Notes: a model not told the origin generated them from the sequence alone. Counted from the stretch's first letter, positions 9,893 to 20,110 are shown. The stretch: DNA of 64,000 nucleotides from an uncultured Phycisphaerales bacterium (GCA_963772725.1 CAVYYI010000003.1:64001-128000); one strand, 5' to 3'. Numbers and translations: made by a program.

Positions 9893-11028
9893 ATTTAATA
9901 CCTTGAAATTGCCGATGCCATATTTTAGAAACCATGCAAGCATCTTAAAGCCATCCCCACACCATTTACCCTGCTGAAATTCAGGTGAGGCAGCCTGTTT
10001 GCAATCAGGTACCATGTCATGTATAAAAATGAATTTATTGCAGATTTGAATCGCGTTATTATAGTCTTTAATAACAGATTCAATCCGGTGGTCGGCATCG
10101 ATAAAAACGATATCGAACCTTCTTTTGTTCTGCCTGAAAAATTCATCGGTAGTCATTAAATGCGTCGGCTTGGTTAAAGGCTCGATATCTACGCTTTCCT
10201 TGTCGGCGGCTCTTATTCTTCTAAAGTTATTCCCGTTATAAAGCCCCAGCTCGAGATAGCTCATAGTCTCGATACCTGGTATCGAATTGACAAGTTCGGC
10301 TATGTACTTACTCATAAGATTATGCCTCCACTCAACGATAGTCTGGTCAGTTACACGCAGCGGCTGGGGGTATCCGCATCCGTTCTCGGGGTCAGCCCAG
10401 AGACCATCGACCAGCGGGATTTTTTCCTGCCAGCACAAAATTGAAAGCGCAACCTGGTCGGGCCGATGCCCGAGGTATGCCTTGTTATCGAGCGTTACTT
10501 TAGCACCGGAATATCGAGGGCCCACGCTTACGGCCTTATCAGTGCAATTGGCGAAAAATCTGAATAGTATTTTTCGACCGATATCGCTTTTGGCATTGAC
10601 CGCGAAAAAACCGCTTACGGCAACAGGAATCTTAAACGCCTCATCCCGTGTAATCTTGAAATATTTCAGGCAATCATCGGTTGCCCACTGGCCCACAGAC
10701 CAGCACATATCCGGCCTGCCCGCTCGCGGCACAAATACGTTTCTCTTCATTATCTCATCCCGCAGTACCTTATACGGCTTTTTAAGAATCATCGGGCAAT
10801 CCGACCAGATTATGACCTCGTGGTTTTGACCATAAGCCTCAAGCAGACTGAAGGCTTTGAACATATAATTACCTTCGGAGTGAGTCGGAATTTCCGGTGA
10901 GTTCTCCTCAGTCATCAGCATTATATTACCGGTAAAACCGTTATCGATGAAACTATTAGCCATACGCTGCGTCCTGGCACGGTACCAGTCGTATTTACCA
11001 TTCGTTATATAATTTACCAAAACATCTC

Positions 11029-11700
11029 TCATACGTGAATTACCGGAACATTTAATTTTAATTTCTGCATATCGCCAAGTTCGTCTTTAAACAGAATCCA
11101 TTTCTTGGCCAGTTTTTTCAAGTCCGCCTTCGCCGAGTCATAGCCGATTTTATATATCTCATCGAGCGGCTCTTTTGTTATAAGCGGATGGCGATGATCG
11201 AATGTAATCTGCGGACAAAAGACAATCTCGCCGGCCAGATAAGCCCGGTCATAAAGGTCATGGTCGCAGCAGTTGTGCGTAAAGTGTTCATCGAAGATAT
11301 TTCCTTTTTGCCTTTCGAACCATTTCCGCGTAATAACAGGATGTGTGGGAACATCCTTATTAACACCGTCGTAAATCCAGAGAATCTTACCCTGCGCCTT
11401 TTCGACCGCATCAGACAGCCTGTCAATATTCGCTCCCGGCCACAGGTCATCAGCTCCGCAGATAATTGCATCGCACTTCGAGTAATTTTTAAACAGTACA
11501 CGAATCATCCTGTTTTGCAATTTCGCAAAACTCTCCCGACTTCCCGGAAATGTCAGATTGCAGATATCATCGATCGCCTCAACCGTTGCTATATCCCACG
11601 CGTAGGCAGCTATGGCGATTCCAACATTTCGCCATTTTTCGCAGGTTATTTTTGCTTTGGCCGCCCGCTGGCCTGTTGGTATTGTTATCCAGATACTCAT
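11029..11700 (-). CDS. GT-A fold (GT2-like) glycosyltransferase
   Basis: IWITIPT, CGADDLWP (DxD-like), THPVITR, CDHDL, FDHRHP. Confidence 0.75.
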   Translation of the reverse strand: MSIWITIPTGQRAAKAKITCEKWRNVGIAIAAYAWDIATVEAIDDICNLTFPGSRESFAKLQNRMIRVLFKNYSKCDAIICGADDLWPGANIDRLSDAVEKAQGKILWIYDGVNKDVPTHPVITRKWFERQKGNIFDEHFTHNCCDHDLYDRAYLAGEIVFCPQITFDHRHPLITKEPLDEIYKIGYDSAKADLKKLAKKWILFKDELGDMQKLKLNVPVIHV

Positions 11701-11757
11701 ATTTTTTTACCCACTTAAAAATCAACGAAATCAGTGTAATCAGTGTTTAAATATTTC

Positions 11758-12500
11758 TTAGGAAACTCGAACGCAAAGAATATAAACATCGACATCGGAG
11801 CCGGTACCGCCGACCACAGACAGGCTGCCTGCCGCAGCTATTTCATTTTTCGCGTCGTCAATTGTCCCGACCCGGTTAACCGTTTTATCTGTAGCGGTAA
11901 CCGCGACAGCGTTTGTGATATCATTTGTTCCGTCGGTCAGTTTCCATGTGCCGCCGTCGGCGCTCTTGGCTACGCTCCATGCGTCTATGATTCGATATTT
12001 AAACGGCGCGTTGGCTGTATGAATCGCGACGGTATTTCCGTTGGTAATGGCTGCCGTTAAAATAAACGGCACACCTCCATTTACGCCGAGGTCAGCCAGG
12101 TGATTACCTGTAAAGCCGCCGGCAACCTGCAGGAACGTTTCCCCGCGAAGGTCTCGAATGGCCGTGATGATGCCATCCTCATCGACATCGATTTCTGCAA
12201 GCTTGACATGCTCCGTTGCCGGCCAGCCTGAGCCGTCAATTCCGCTATTAATTGAGTTATCAGGGTCAAGCCAGATATAAGTCGTATCGTTATCAGTCGG
12301 GTCAACATTGCTGCCGGGCGTATAGATTGTAACTACACCCTTAAGCAGATACTTTCCGCCGCGAACATTAAAGGTTGTCAATGATGGGCAATACACACCG
12401 AGCACAGATGCCCAGTCCAATGCATTCAGCAGCCCATAAACATGTTGCTTTAATTCCGCATAATATTCCGGATTGTTTTCGGTGGGTATCTCAATCCCGC
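11758..12500 (-). pseudogene. Phage structural protein, probably 5'-truncated at the arm junction
   Basis: The Gly/Thr/Asp-rich virion-like sequence starts at about GIEIPTENNP. The ORF-track N-terminus (12500-12699) is the antisense shadow of a plus-strand gene fragment. Confidence 0.55.
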
Positions 12501-12501
12501 G

Positions 12502-12732
12502 ATCGGCAAGAAATGTATCGATAAGCTTCGCGAATATGTAATTGATGCCCTCAATAAGACTCATCCTTTCGATCCCGCAACCAGCCAGATGGAAGGAGAT
12601 ATTGAGATACTCAGCCCAGGTCAGGCGTTGGCTTGCGATGATTTTAAATATGAAGGTGAATTCGAGATTATCGATTTGCCAAAGAAACATGTAATTCAAT
12701 TAAATTTCAGTATTAACTGGATTTCAGGATAA
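12502..12732 (+). pseudogene. 3' fragment of a probable tail terminator/completion protein
   Basis: Frame IGKKCIDKLREYVIDALNKTHP...KKHVIQLNFSINWISG* has no upstream start (in-frame stop at 12451) and lies directly before the tail tube gene. Confidence 0.55.
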
Positions 12733-12801
12733 AAAAATAAAAAGGTTTTGCCTCGGCGTTCTCTGTGAACTCTGTGGCTAAAAAAACTTAGGAGAAAAAA
12801 A

Positions 12802-13707
12802 ATGACAGCGACGGTAAATAACAGGGTAAGAAATCCGCAGGCTAATGTCATTAACGGCGTTGACGCCGGCGGCATGATGTCTGCCAGAATACAGGCTGGT
12901 TACGAAAAGGTAATGAAATCGCCCCCCGACGGTAAGCAGTTTCCCTTCGTTGACCGCGAATGCCAGTTCGTAAGGGGCAGCGTGGTCAGCCAGGACTGGG
13001 TTGAGGCGATTGCCCTTCTAACCGGCACTCTCGGCACAAAAGTTTTTTACGAGAAAAAATCCGGTGCCGATACATGGGTTAAGCACACACTGACAAATCC
13101 TATCATTCACAATATCAAACTCAACATCACCGGCGGCCATAACAATACTTCTTACGCGACAGTCAGCTATGACTTCGAATGCCGTTTTGCCGACCCGACA
13201 AAAACGATTGCCGACGCATGGGCTATGACAGACGCTCAGACTGTGCCGACTTATGTCGCGGCAGCCCGGGGCGGCGTGAGATTTGAAACTGTGACACTTG
13301 GTGCATTATCGATCTACCACGTAACGGCACTGTCGCTTAATATTACCGTGAAGCTTGTAAAAGCCTGTAACGATGCCGATGTTGGTTTTACATGCGTTGA
13401 TGCCGAACAGGATGGCATGGAGATAAGCGGCTCGCTTACCTTCCAGGATGCTGCTATCGGAACAAACGTCATTAAGGCTGCCCAGGTTATTCTTGCGGCA
13501 AGGGCCTCGCTTACGGCCACGATCCGCCAGTCATCGGGAGCGGCCTCAAAAGTCCTTACAATAGCCGGCGTAATTTTTACGAGCGTTGACTCGAATTCAG
13601 ATCGCGGTAATGACTTTAGTGACTATACGGCAAACTTCACCGTAGCCAATGATGCGACGACGGAATTGACCCTTGCTGGTGCGAATAAGATTGTCACCTT
13701 TGCGTAA
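12802..13707 (+). CDS. Probable major tail tube protein with internal domain duplication
   Basis: AGGAGA RBS; Thr/Ala/Val-rich beta protein before the tape measure; two similar halves. Confidence 0.65.
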   Translation: MTATVNNRVRNPQANVINGVDAGGMMSARIQAGYEKVMKSPPDGKQFPFVDRECQFVRGSVVSQDWVEAIALLTGTLGTKVFYEKKSGADTWVKHTLTNPIIHNIKLNITGGHNNTSYATVSYDFECRFADPTKTIADAWAMTDAQTVPTYVAAARGGVRFETVTLGALSIYHVTALSLNITVKLVKACNDADVGFTCVDAEQDGMEISGSLTFQDAAIGTNVIKAAQVILAARASLTATIRQSSGAASKVLTIAGVIFTSVDSNSDRGNDFSDYTANFTVANDATTELTLAGANKIVTFA

Positions 13708-13777
13708 AAGAAAGTAATTTGTATGCGTATTGCGTTAAAAAACGCACGACGCATCACGCACAACGCACAACGAATTT

Positions 13778-15334
13778 ATGGCAAAAGATGTAAATATTCA
13801 TGTTAAGACCCCCGGCACCGAGCAGGCTAAAAGCCAGCTCAACGGAGTCGCACAATCTACAGAGAAGATCGGCGAATCCACAGAGCGGATGGGCCAGAAG
13901 ACATCAAAGGCGTTCGACTGGCTGACCAGCGGTATTCGCAGTCTCATAGGCCCGCTGGGATTTGCGGCAATCGTAACCTCAGTTGCCGGCGTCACCATGA
14001 AGGTCGCAAAATTTTTCGATGAAATCAAGCAAAAATCCGATGAGGCCGTCCGTAATCTTGAATCCGTTCGCAAAGGCTTTGAATCTATTTACGAGGTAAT
14101 GGGAGCCTTTGATGAAAAGAGCCGCCAGCAAATCACAAAGGAAACCTACCAGTTATTCTATAAGACCGCCACACCGGAATCGACCGGACTTCCTATTATG
14201 TCGGAATACTATCGCCAATTCGGCACTATGACAAAGACTGGCCAGTTATCACAGGCCGATTACAACAAAGGTCTCGAACAAATGCTTCGCTACGGCTCAC
14301 GCCACCCGGGCGTAGGCGGCGAAATGGCAACACTGATGGCTGGTTGGAATATGAATACCCCGCAGCAGCAGGGGCAGTTCCAGCGAATGGTTTCCGCTGG
14401 AGCCGAGATGGGCCGCATTGATGAGGCCGATATGATCTCAGTACTATCTCGAACTTCATCAACCGCACGGGCGATGGGCTGGAGTCCGCAGGAAACAATC
14501 TCGATGGCCGCTAAACTTGCCGCCGGTGAAACAGGCAGAAGAAGATTGATGGTTCCGGCAGCAACAATTGAGGCCCTCGGCAATCCGCAGGCTCCTGACG
14601 CCGAACTTTTCGGTATTACCGACAAAAAACAAAAGGCCGATTTTGATACTAAGTGGAAGACTATGGTCGAAGACCCGCGAAAAGTTTACGCGGAAGTCCA
14701 GGCTATGCAGCAGAGAACTCCGCCTCAGAAATTTCTAAGAATTCTTCGTGGTATTTACGGCAGTTCCGGTACCGATGTTTTAAAAACACTCGGCGGCGAT
14801 GCTGCCGGTATCCAGACTCTCGCGGAAGCGGCAGGCCCTGCGGGCGAGGCGGCAGCCGCAAAGGAAGACGCCGCAAGAATGGGAACTACCGAAGCGATGG
14901 AGGCACAAACCGGTGCTGCCGTTAAACTTAATGAAATTGATAGAGCGCCGGATGCCGTTATTAAGGAAAATATTAGAAAAAGAGGAGCTTCATATTTAAA
15001 ACAGATCGAGGAAAAACATCCGGTTGGCCAATGGCTTGCGGAAAGAGGGCCGGCATTATTATTCAGAAAAAATCAGGCAAAATTGGAAGAAGAAGCGGCG
15101 ATGTATCAGTGGCTCAATAATCTACATGAGAATCAGGGCATCGATGTGCAGCATCGCAGTATGGAATTAGAGGAAGGCTGGCAAAGTATGACCCCAAAGC
15201 AGCGATTGGCAGCTCTCGATAAAACCTCAGCCCCTTCTAAAGGTTCTTCCGTAACGATTCATAATCATAATGAAACTATTTATCAGCCAAAGGCTGGACC
15301 CGATAATACGGGGGCAAGATTTAGCCAGGACTGA
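13778..15334 (+). CDS. Tail tape measure protein
   Basis: MAKDVNIHVK start; Ala/Gln-rich helical, hydrophobic GPLGFAAIV stretch; C-terminal VTIHNHN. Confidence 0.75.
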   Translation: MAKDVNIHVKTPGTEQAKSQLNGVAQSTEKIGESTERMGQKTSKAFDWLTSGIRSLIGPLGFAAIVTSVAGVTMKVAKFFDEIKQKSDEAVRNLESVRKGFESIYEVMGAFDEKSRQQITKETYQLFYKTATPESTGLPIMSEYYRQFGTMTKTGQLSQADYNKGLEQMLRYGSRHPGVGGEMATLMAGWNMNTPQQQGQFQRMVSAGAEMGRIDEADMISVLSRTSSTARAMGWSPQETISMAAKLAAGETGRRRLMVPAATIEALGNPQAPDAELFGITDKKQKADFDTKWKTMVEDPRKVYAEVQAMQQRTPPQKFLRILRGIYGSSGTDVLKTLGGDAAGIQTLAEAAGPAGEAAAAKEDAARMGTTEAMEAQTGAAVKLNEIDRAPDAVIKENIRKRGASYLKQIEEKHPVGQWLAERGPALLFRKNQAKLEEEAAMYQWLNNLHENQGIDVQHRSMELEEGWQSMTPKQRLAALDKTSAPSKGSSVTIHNHNETIYQPKAGPDNTGARFSQD

Positions 15335-15336
15335 TT

Positions 15337-15735
15337 ATGGCAGCGACAAGTTTAAATACTGTTTTTGGTAATGAGATTCGCGTACAGATAACGCCGCGAC
15401 AGATGGACCGCGAGTATCACGGAATCCCCGGAGTCAACGGCGTATTAAGTATGGCCAACGGCACTCGGGGACGGCGAATCATTGTAACCGGAAGACTGCG
15501 ATATTATGGAGCCAACTATGCGACCGCACGAAACAGCCTGCAGGCAACTATCGATACGCTCGAGGCGATGCAGTCCCTGCCGGCGGCCAGTTACACCTAC
15601 GGCAGTCAGACGTTTAATAATGTTATTTTTGAGAAAATACAAGTAATTCCCGACAGCAGCGGCAAATCTATCTTTTATACACGAGATGGTTATGCTGTTT
15701 GCGATTTTATTGCCAATCTTTATCAGTTAATTTAA
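15337..15735 (+). CDS. Distal tail/tube-initiator-like protein
   Basis: 132 aa immediately after the tape measure; GIPGVNGVLSMANGTRGRRIIVTG motif. Confidence 0.55.
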   Translation: MAATSLNTVFGNEIRVQITPRQMDREYHGIPGVNGVLSMANGTRGRRIIVTGRLRYYGANYATARNSLQATIDTLEAMQSLPAASYTYGSQTFNNVIFEKIQVIPDSSGKSIFYTRDGYAVCDFIANLYQLI

Positions 15736-18034
15736 ATGGTAACAAAACCAGATTACAAAAAAATAGACAGAACCGCTCAGCAGCTTATTGTTGAAGCCCG
15801 ACGAGGCTCAGGCTCGCCCCCCGTGTACCCGTCCGCATGGTCAATAGTCTGGGGTGCTAAGGTTGACCGCATTGAATTAAATGAGGGACTAAAACCCTCT
15901 ACTGCTATTGTATGGTTCCCGGAACTTCGCTGGCACGAGACTTTTAACCTGTATTGGGGCGACATGATTCGTATTAGAACGGATGAGGTTCAGGCGTCGA
16001 AGCGAACTATTGTTTTTTGTGGATTTATCACAAGTTACCTTTCTGATTTTTCCGGCGGTTCGGAAAAACGCGGCTCATCCTTCGAGCGAAATGCCTTTAT
16101 CTGCAGCGACCATCGATGGCTTATGTCAACAACCTGCCCCATTTACGGTCAGATTGTTCGCGGTCCCGATGACTATACTGGTTACGGCACTACATCACAG
16201 ACGGCAATCGATAACTCCTATATATTCGCCTCTGGCCGCCGCTGTATTTTCAACCAGGATGGCCGGCCAAATATGGACCCGAATTTACTTGCCGTCCATA
16301 ATATAAAAGGCATAAAGCTTTGCGATATCAATATCTTTGCCGACGCAGCTGCGGGCAGTTACTGGACCGCACGGCAGATGATTTGCTATATATTAAGTCC
16401 GCTATGGAACAGGGCATATAACAATATTCCCATCCCCGACCCAGGCGACCTTATCGGCATCGATCATAAAGATTGGGACAAAGTCCTCAGTCACATCGTG
16501 ATAGATGGCATGAACTGCATCGAGGCGATCTCGCTTATGTGCAAAAACCTCGGTTGGTCATTCCGCGAGATTTATGATAATACCGGACATATCTTAATTC
16601 AATTTTTTAAAATTGGGTCAGCCACAGGCTCCATCCGCTCAGACACACAGCCTACCATCCTCCAGCAGCTTCACGCTCCGGCCCAGGGCGATGACCTGGC
16701 TGCCGCCGTTACCAATGGCAAGAAGATTTTATGGTCGATGTCGCTCGCAGAGGATATCGCAGCAGTTATCAATCAGCCTTATGCCCTTGCGCGCCGAGCG
16801 TTTTGAATTTACCGCCGATCTCGTGCCGGCATGGATTGACGCTGACCTTGTGCCGGATACTACCGGCGGCAATGAGCATCTATATTTTACAACCGCAGAC
16901 CTCCAGCAGCTCACCGATCCTGACGCCGAGACCTTCTATAAGTATTATCATCCGCGAGGCAGTGAATTTCGTCGCCACGTAGGCCGCCGCTGGTCGTTGA
17001 ATGAATCGGGGAAATACTCAACAGCTCCGCCATGGCAAACGGATAAGTATTATTTCGCTGGCGAATTAGCCAGGGTCGGCTCACATATATCAATTTGCGT
17101 TACACCGCATTATTCTAACCCGATGAATCAACCAGGACGCAGCAGCTACTGGCAGTCAACTGCCGGTTATGATAGGGGCCAGCCCTTTGATTTCTCGCAA
17201 TATATCGAATCCAAATATGTAATCAATTCACAAGGCAAGCGTCTTTTTGCTCCATTTAACAGGCAGTTACTTCCCTGTTTAACGCTCGATAAAGATACTC
17301 TAAGCAGCATCGGCTTTAAAATCGAATTTTCTTTTGACGCTGGCGTAACATGGCAGATAATTCCGGCGAGCATCTCCGCACTAAAGGAAGAATGCGGCAT
17401 CTATATAGAAGAACCGAACCTCGCCGAGCTCGTCGATAAAAAAGAAGGTACTATTTCCGGCGGCGATCTCAACGGAGTTCAACTTAACTATTGGACGAGC
17501 CTTTGCGATGACAGTATCAATGACCGCTCCTTCAAAAATGGGCAGTGGAATACTCGTGTGAGAATTACCGCGAGTATTCAGATGGACCAGCGGCTAAGGA
17601 TGGCTATTAACCCGGGTCCAAAATCCGGTTCGCCCTTCTTGCATTCGCAAGTTTATGATTTCTCTGAAAAATATGGCTTGGTTAAACGCACACCGATGAG
17701 TAATTTTTATTATACTAATTCTTCAGCCTGGCAGGTCGATTCCACCGGTAAAATCCAAGAGCATATTACCGCCATTCGCGACGCCAATGAGGATATGTCA
17801 ATTAGCGGCAGATTCACGCTCGAGCGATTGTGGCTGGGTGATGGCGCAGGCCAATTACCGATTCTGATAGGTGACTCGATTGAGAAAATCACCGGTCGCG
17901 AATATTCCCTGGCCAGCTCCATGGGTTTGAGTAAATTTTATCCTGAGATTGTAAAAATAGTTATCATCCCGGACGCCCAGAAAATGGAACTCATCACCAG
18001 GGATTTGAGGTTTGCTACGGAGGTAACTTTATAA
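15736..18034 (+). CDS. Large tail hub/tip protein; one frameshift near 16790
   Basis: ORFs 15736-16806 and 16613-18034 overlap. RTIVFCGFI hub-like N-terminus; CBM-like PPWQTDKYYFAGE insert. Confidence 0.6.
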
Positions 18035-18507
18035 TGGCGGCTTTAATTACTATTCAGTTTTGCACCCCAGCCGGTTATCAGCCCGGCGATTACGCGTACC
18101 TATACGGAAACGGCGGCGCTGGAGAAATTAATTGGGATACCCCAGTCGATAACACTATCTACGATTTGTTCCCGCGAGGCGCCGGTATTTATGGATTCGG
18201 ACACGCACCCTTTGGGCATCATCGGTTCGGCAAAGGCGTCAGTCTGCGAACCGCTGGCTTTGGCCATCTGCCTTTTGGCAAACATCCTTTCGGCCATGGC
18301 ACCGCAATTATAACCACACAAGCCCGCGTTGAGGATTGTGGAAGTTACAAATTCGGCTTTAAAGTATTTGATAAATACGGCAACGCCCAGGAAGGCACTT
18401 CGCAGGTTGTTACCGCCGATATCCATATCCCTCCGGTGGTTCCCGGCGGCCTGAAAAAGGTCAGCTATGATAAAGATACTGATATTTTAATTCTGGAGGC
18501 GGCATGA
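18034..18507 (+). CDS. Tail-associated protein with FG-rich repeats and an Ig/FN3-like fold
   Basis: GFGHAPFGHHRFG and GFGHLPFGKHPFG; YKFGFKVFDKYGN. Confidence 0.5.
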   Translation: MAALITIQFCTPAGYQPGDYAYLYGNGGAGEINWDTPVDNTIYDLFPRGAGIYGFGHAPFGHHRFGKGVSLRTAGFGHLPFGKHPFGHGTAIITTQARVEDCGSYKFGFKVFDKYGNAQEGTSQVVTADIHIPPVVPGGLKKVSYDKDTDILILEAA

Positions 18508-19187
18508 ACGATTTGATTATAGCTAATATGGCAACCTGCCCGGAGCGCAAGCACATCGTCTGGAACACAATCGTATCGATTTTAAAGCAGGTCGATATTT
18601 TGAATATCAGCTTCAATCGTTTCGATTTCATCCCTGGTCTTTACGATGATTATAGAAAAATTAATCGCTTCCTCGATATGGATAATATGGCCGAACGCGG
18701 AAAATTCTTAATGGTTGACAAAGTAAAGGGATATTACTTAACGATTGATGATGACATTATCTACCCGGATGATTACTGTGTAAAAATGATTGACGCCGTT
18801 GAGCGTTATAATCGAAAATCGATTATCACTGTTCACGGGAACAAAATTAAGCAGCCTTTTACTGATTTCTATAAAGACCGGGATTGTTTCAGGCATAAAG
18901 AGTCCCTGGCCTCCGACACTGTTGTTGATTTTCCGGGTACCGGAACCGTGGCATTTCATACCGATACGCTGAAATTTTCCGTGGAAGATTTTGAGCATCC
19001 CTATATGTCGGATATCTGGCTTGGTTTAATTGCCCGGCAAAGAAAAATTCCAGTTATCGCGATCGCCAGACAGCAGAACTGGCTCAAGCCCGTTTACGTT
19101 CCGGGAATCTTTGAAAAAGTAAGTCGTGATATCGAATTAAAAAATAAACAAACGGCACTGATAAAAGAATTCATCAATGCCGCCTGA
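18504..19187 (+). CDS. GT-A fold (GT2-like) glycosyltransferase
   Basis: MATCPER, YYLTIDDDIIYPDDY, PGTGTVAFH, MSDIW; ATGA overlap with the tail gene. Confidence 0.85.
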   Translation: MNDLIIANMATCPERKHIVWNTIVSILKQVDILNISFNRFDFIPGLYDDYRKINRFLDMDNMAERGKFLMVDKVKGYYLTIDDDIIYPDDYCVKMIDAVERYNRKSIITVHGNKIKQPFTDFYKDRDCFRHKESLASDTVVDFPGTGTVAFHTDTLKFSVEDFEHPYMSDIWLGLIARQRKIPVIAIARQQNWLKPVYVPGIFEKVSRDIELKNKQTALIKEFINAA

Positions 19188-19329
19188 TTTTGCTCTTTAA
19201 AAATTTAATAAAAGAAGCCCGACGCGGGCGGAGATTCGGATTAACCGCCAACCGGCAGCTCGAACTGCCAGCTTTTACACGCCGGGTATTTTGTGGCCAA
19301 TAAAAGATTCGGAGAAAAGGTCTGGTTAT

Positions 19330-20110
19330 ATGAGCAGCTTCTTTCCATGGATGGGCGGAAAATCAAGCGTCGCGAATAAACTCGCGGCATTGATGCTTGA
19401 GCATGAATGTTATGTTCGAGGTATTTGCGGGCGCTGCAAATATCCTGTTTGCCAAGCAAAAATCAAAGGTAGAGGTAATTAATGACATCAACTCTGAGTT
19501 AGTAAATCTCTTTAGGATCGTCCGCTGGCATCCTCGCGAGTTTGTGAAAGAATTATCTCTCGTGCTTCACAGCCGAAAGGATTTTTCTGATTATAGGACA
19601 CAGCCCGGGCTTACCGATATCCAGAAAGCAGCTCGTAGTTATTTTATAATTAAGACTGCCTTTGGCGGCAAGGGTGGAACTTCACACCCCGACTTTGGCT
19701 ATGGCACAACGGGTAAATCTCATTTTAGAAGGACGGTTTTTGCGATGATCCGCCTATGCCATAAGCGGCTTGATGGAGTATATGTCGAAAATCTGGATTT
19801 TGAAGATTGTATCAAGCGGTATGACAGGTCTCACACTTTGTTTTACTGCGACCCGCCATACCTTGACACCGCTGATTATAAATCACAATTTGGCTATTGT
19901 GACCATGAACGTCTGGCTTCTATCCTCAAAAGTATTAAAGGAAAATTTTTACTAAGTATTAATGACCGCCCGAAAATACGGCTGCTTTATAAAAATTTTC
20001 ACATAATAACTGTTACAAAAAAATATACGATTTCTCGCGACAAGGATTCAGCCGCTCGCGACAGATCGGAACTTGTGATTGCTAATTATCCGCTGCCAAG
20101 GCAGTGGTAA
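19330..20110 (+). CDS. D12-class N6-adenine DNA methyltransferase (Dam-like); one frameshift near 19416
   Basis: PWMGGKS, YV-EVFAG, EVINDIN, FYCDPPY. Confidence 0.9.

Larger units (their letters stand above)
8195..11032 (-). pseudogene. Glycosyltransferase-like + class I SAM methyltransferase fusion, interrupted near the 3' end by an IS
   Basis: N-half: YMFKAF...IIWSD...HRPDQVALS. C-half: YLELG, FDIVFIDADH, IFIHD, WCGD. Removing 8362-9900 restores the frame as FKVLNDDFGLTVF...KRSKV*. Confidence 0.8.

Noticed and set aside
4203..12500. Gin-type invertible tail-fibre segment or diversity-generating retroelement target
   Set aside because: No invertase, no flanking inverted recombination sites, no reverse transcriptase and no template/variable repeat pair seen
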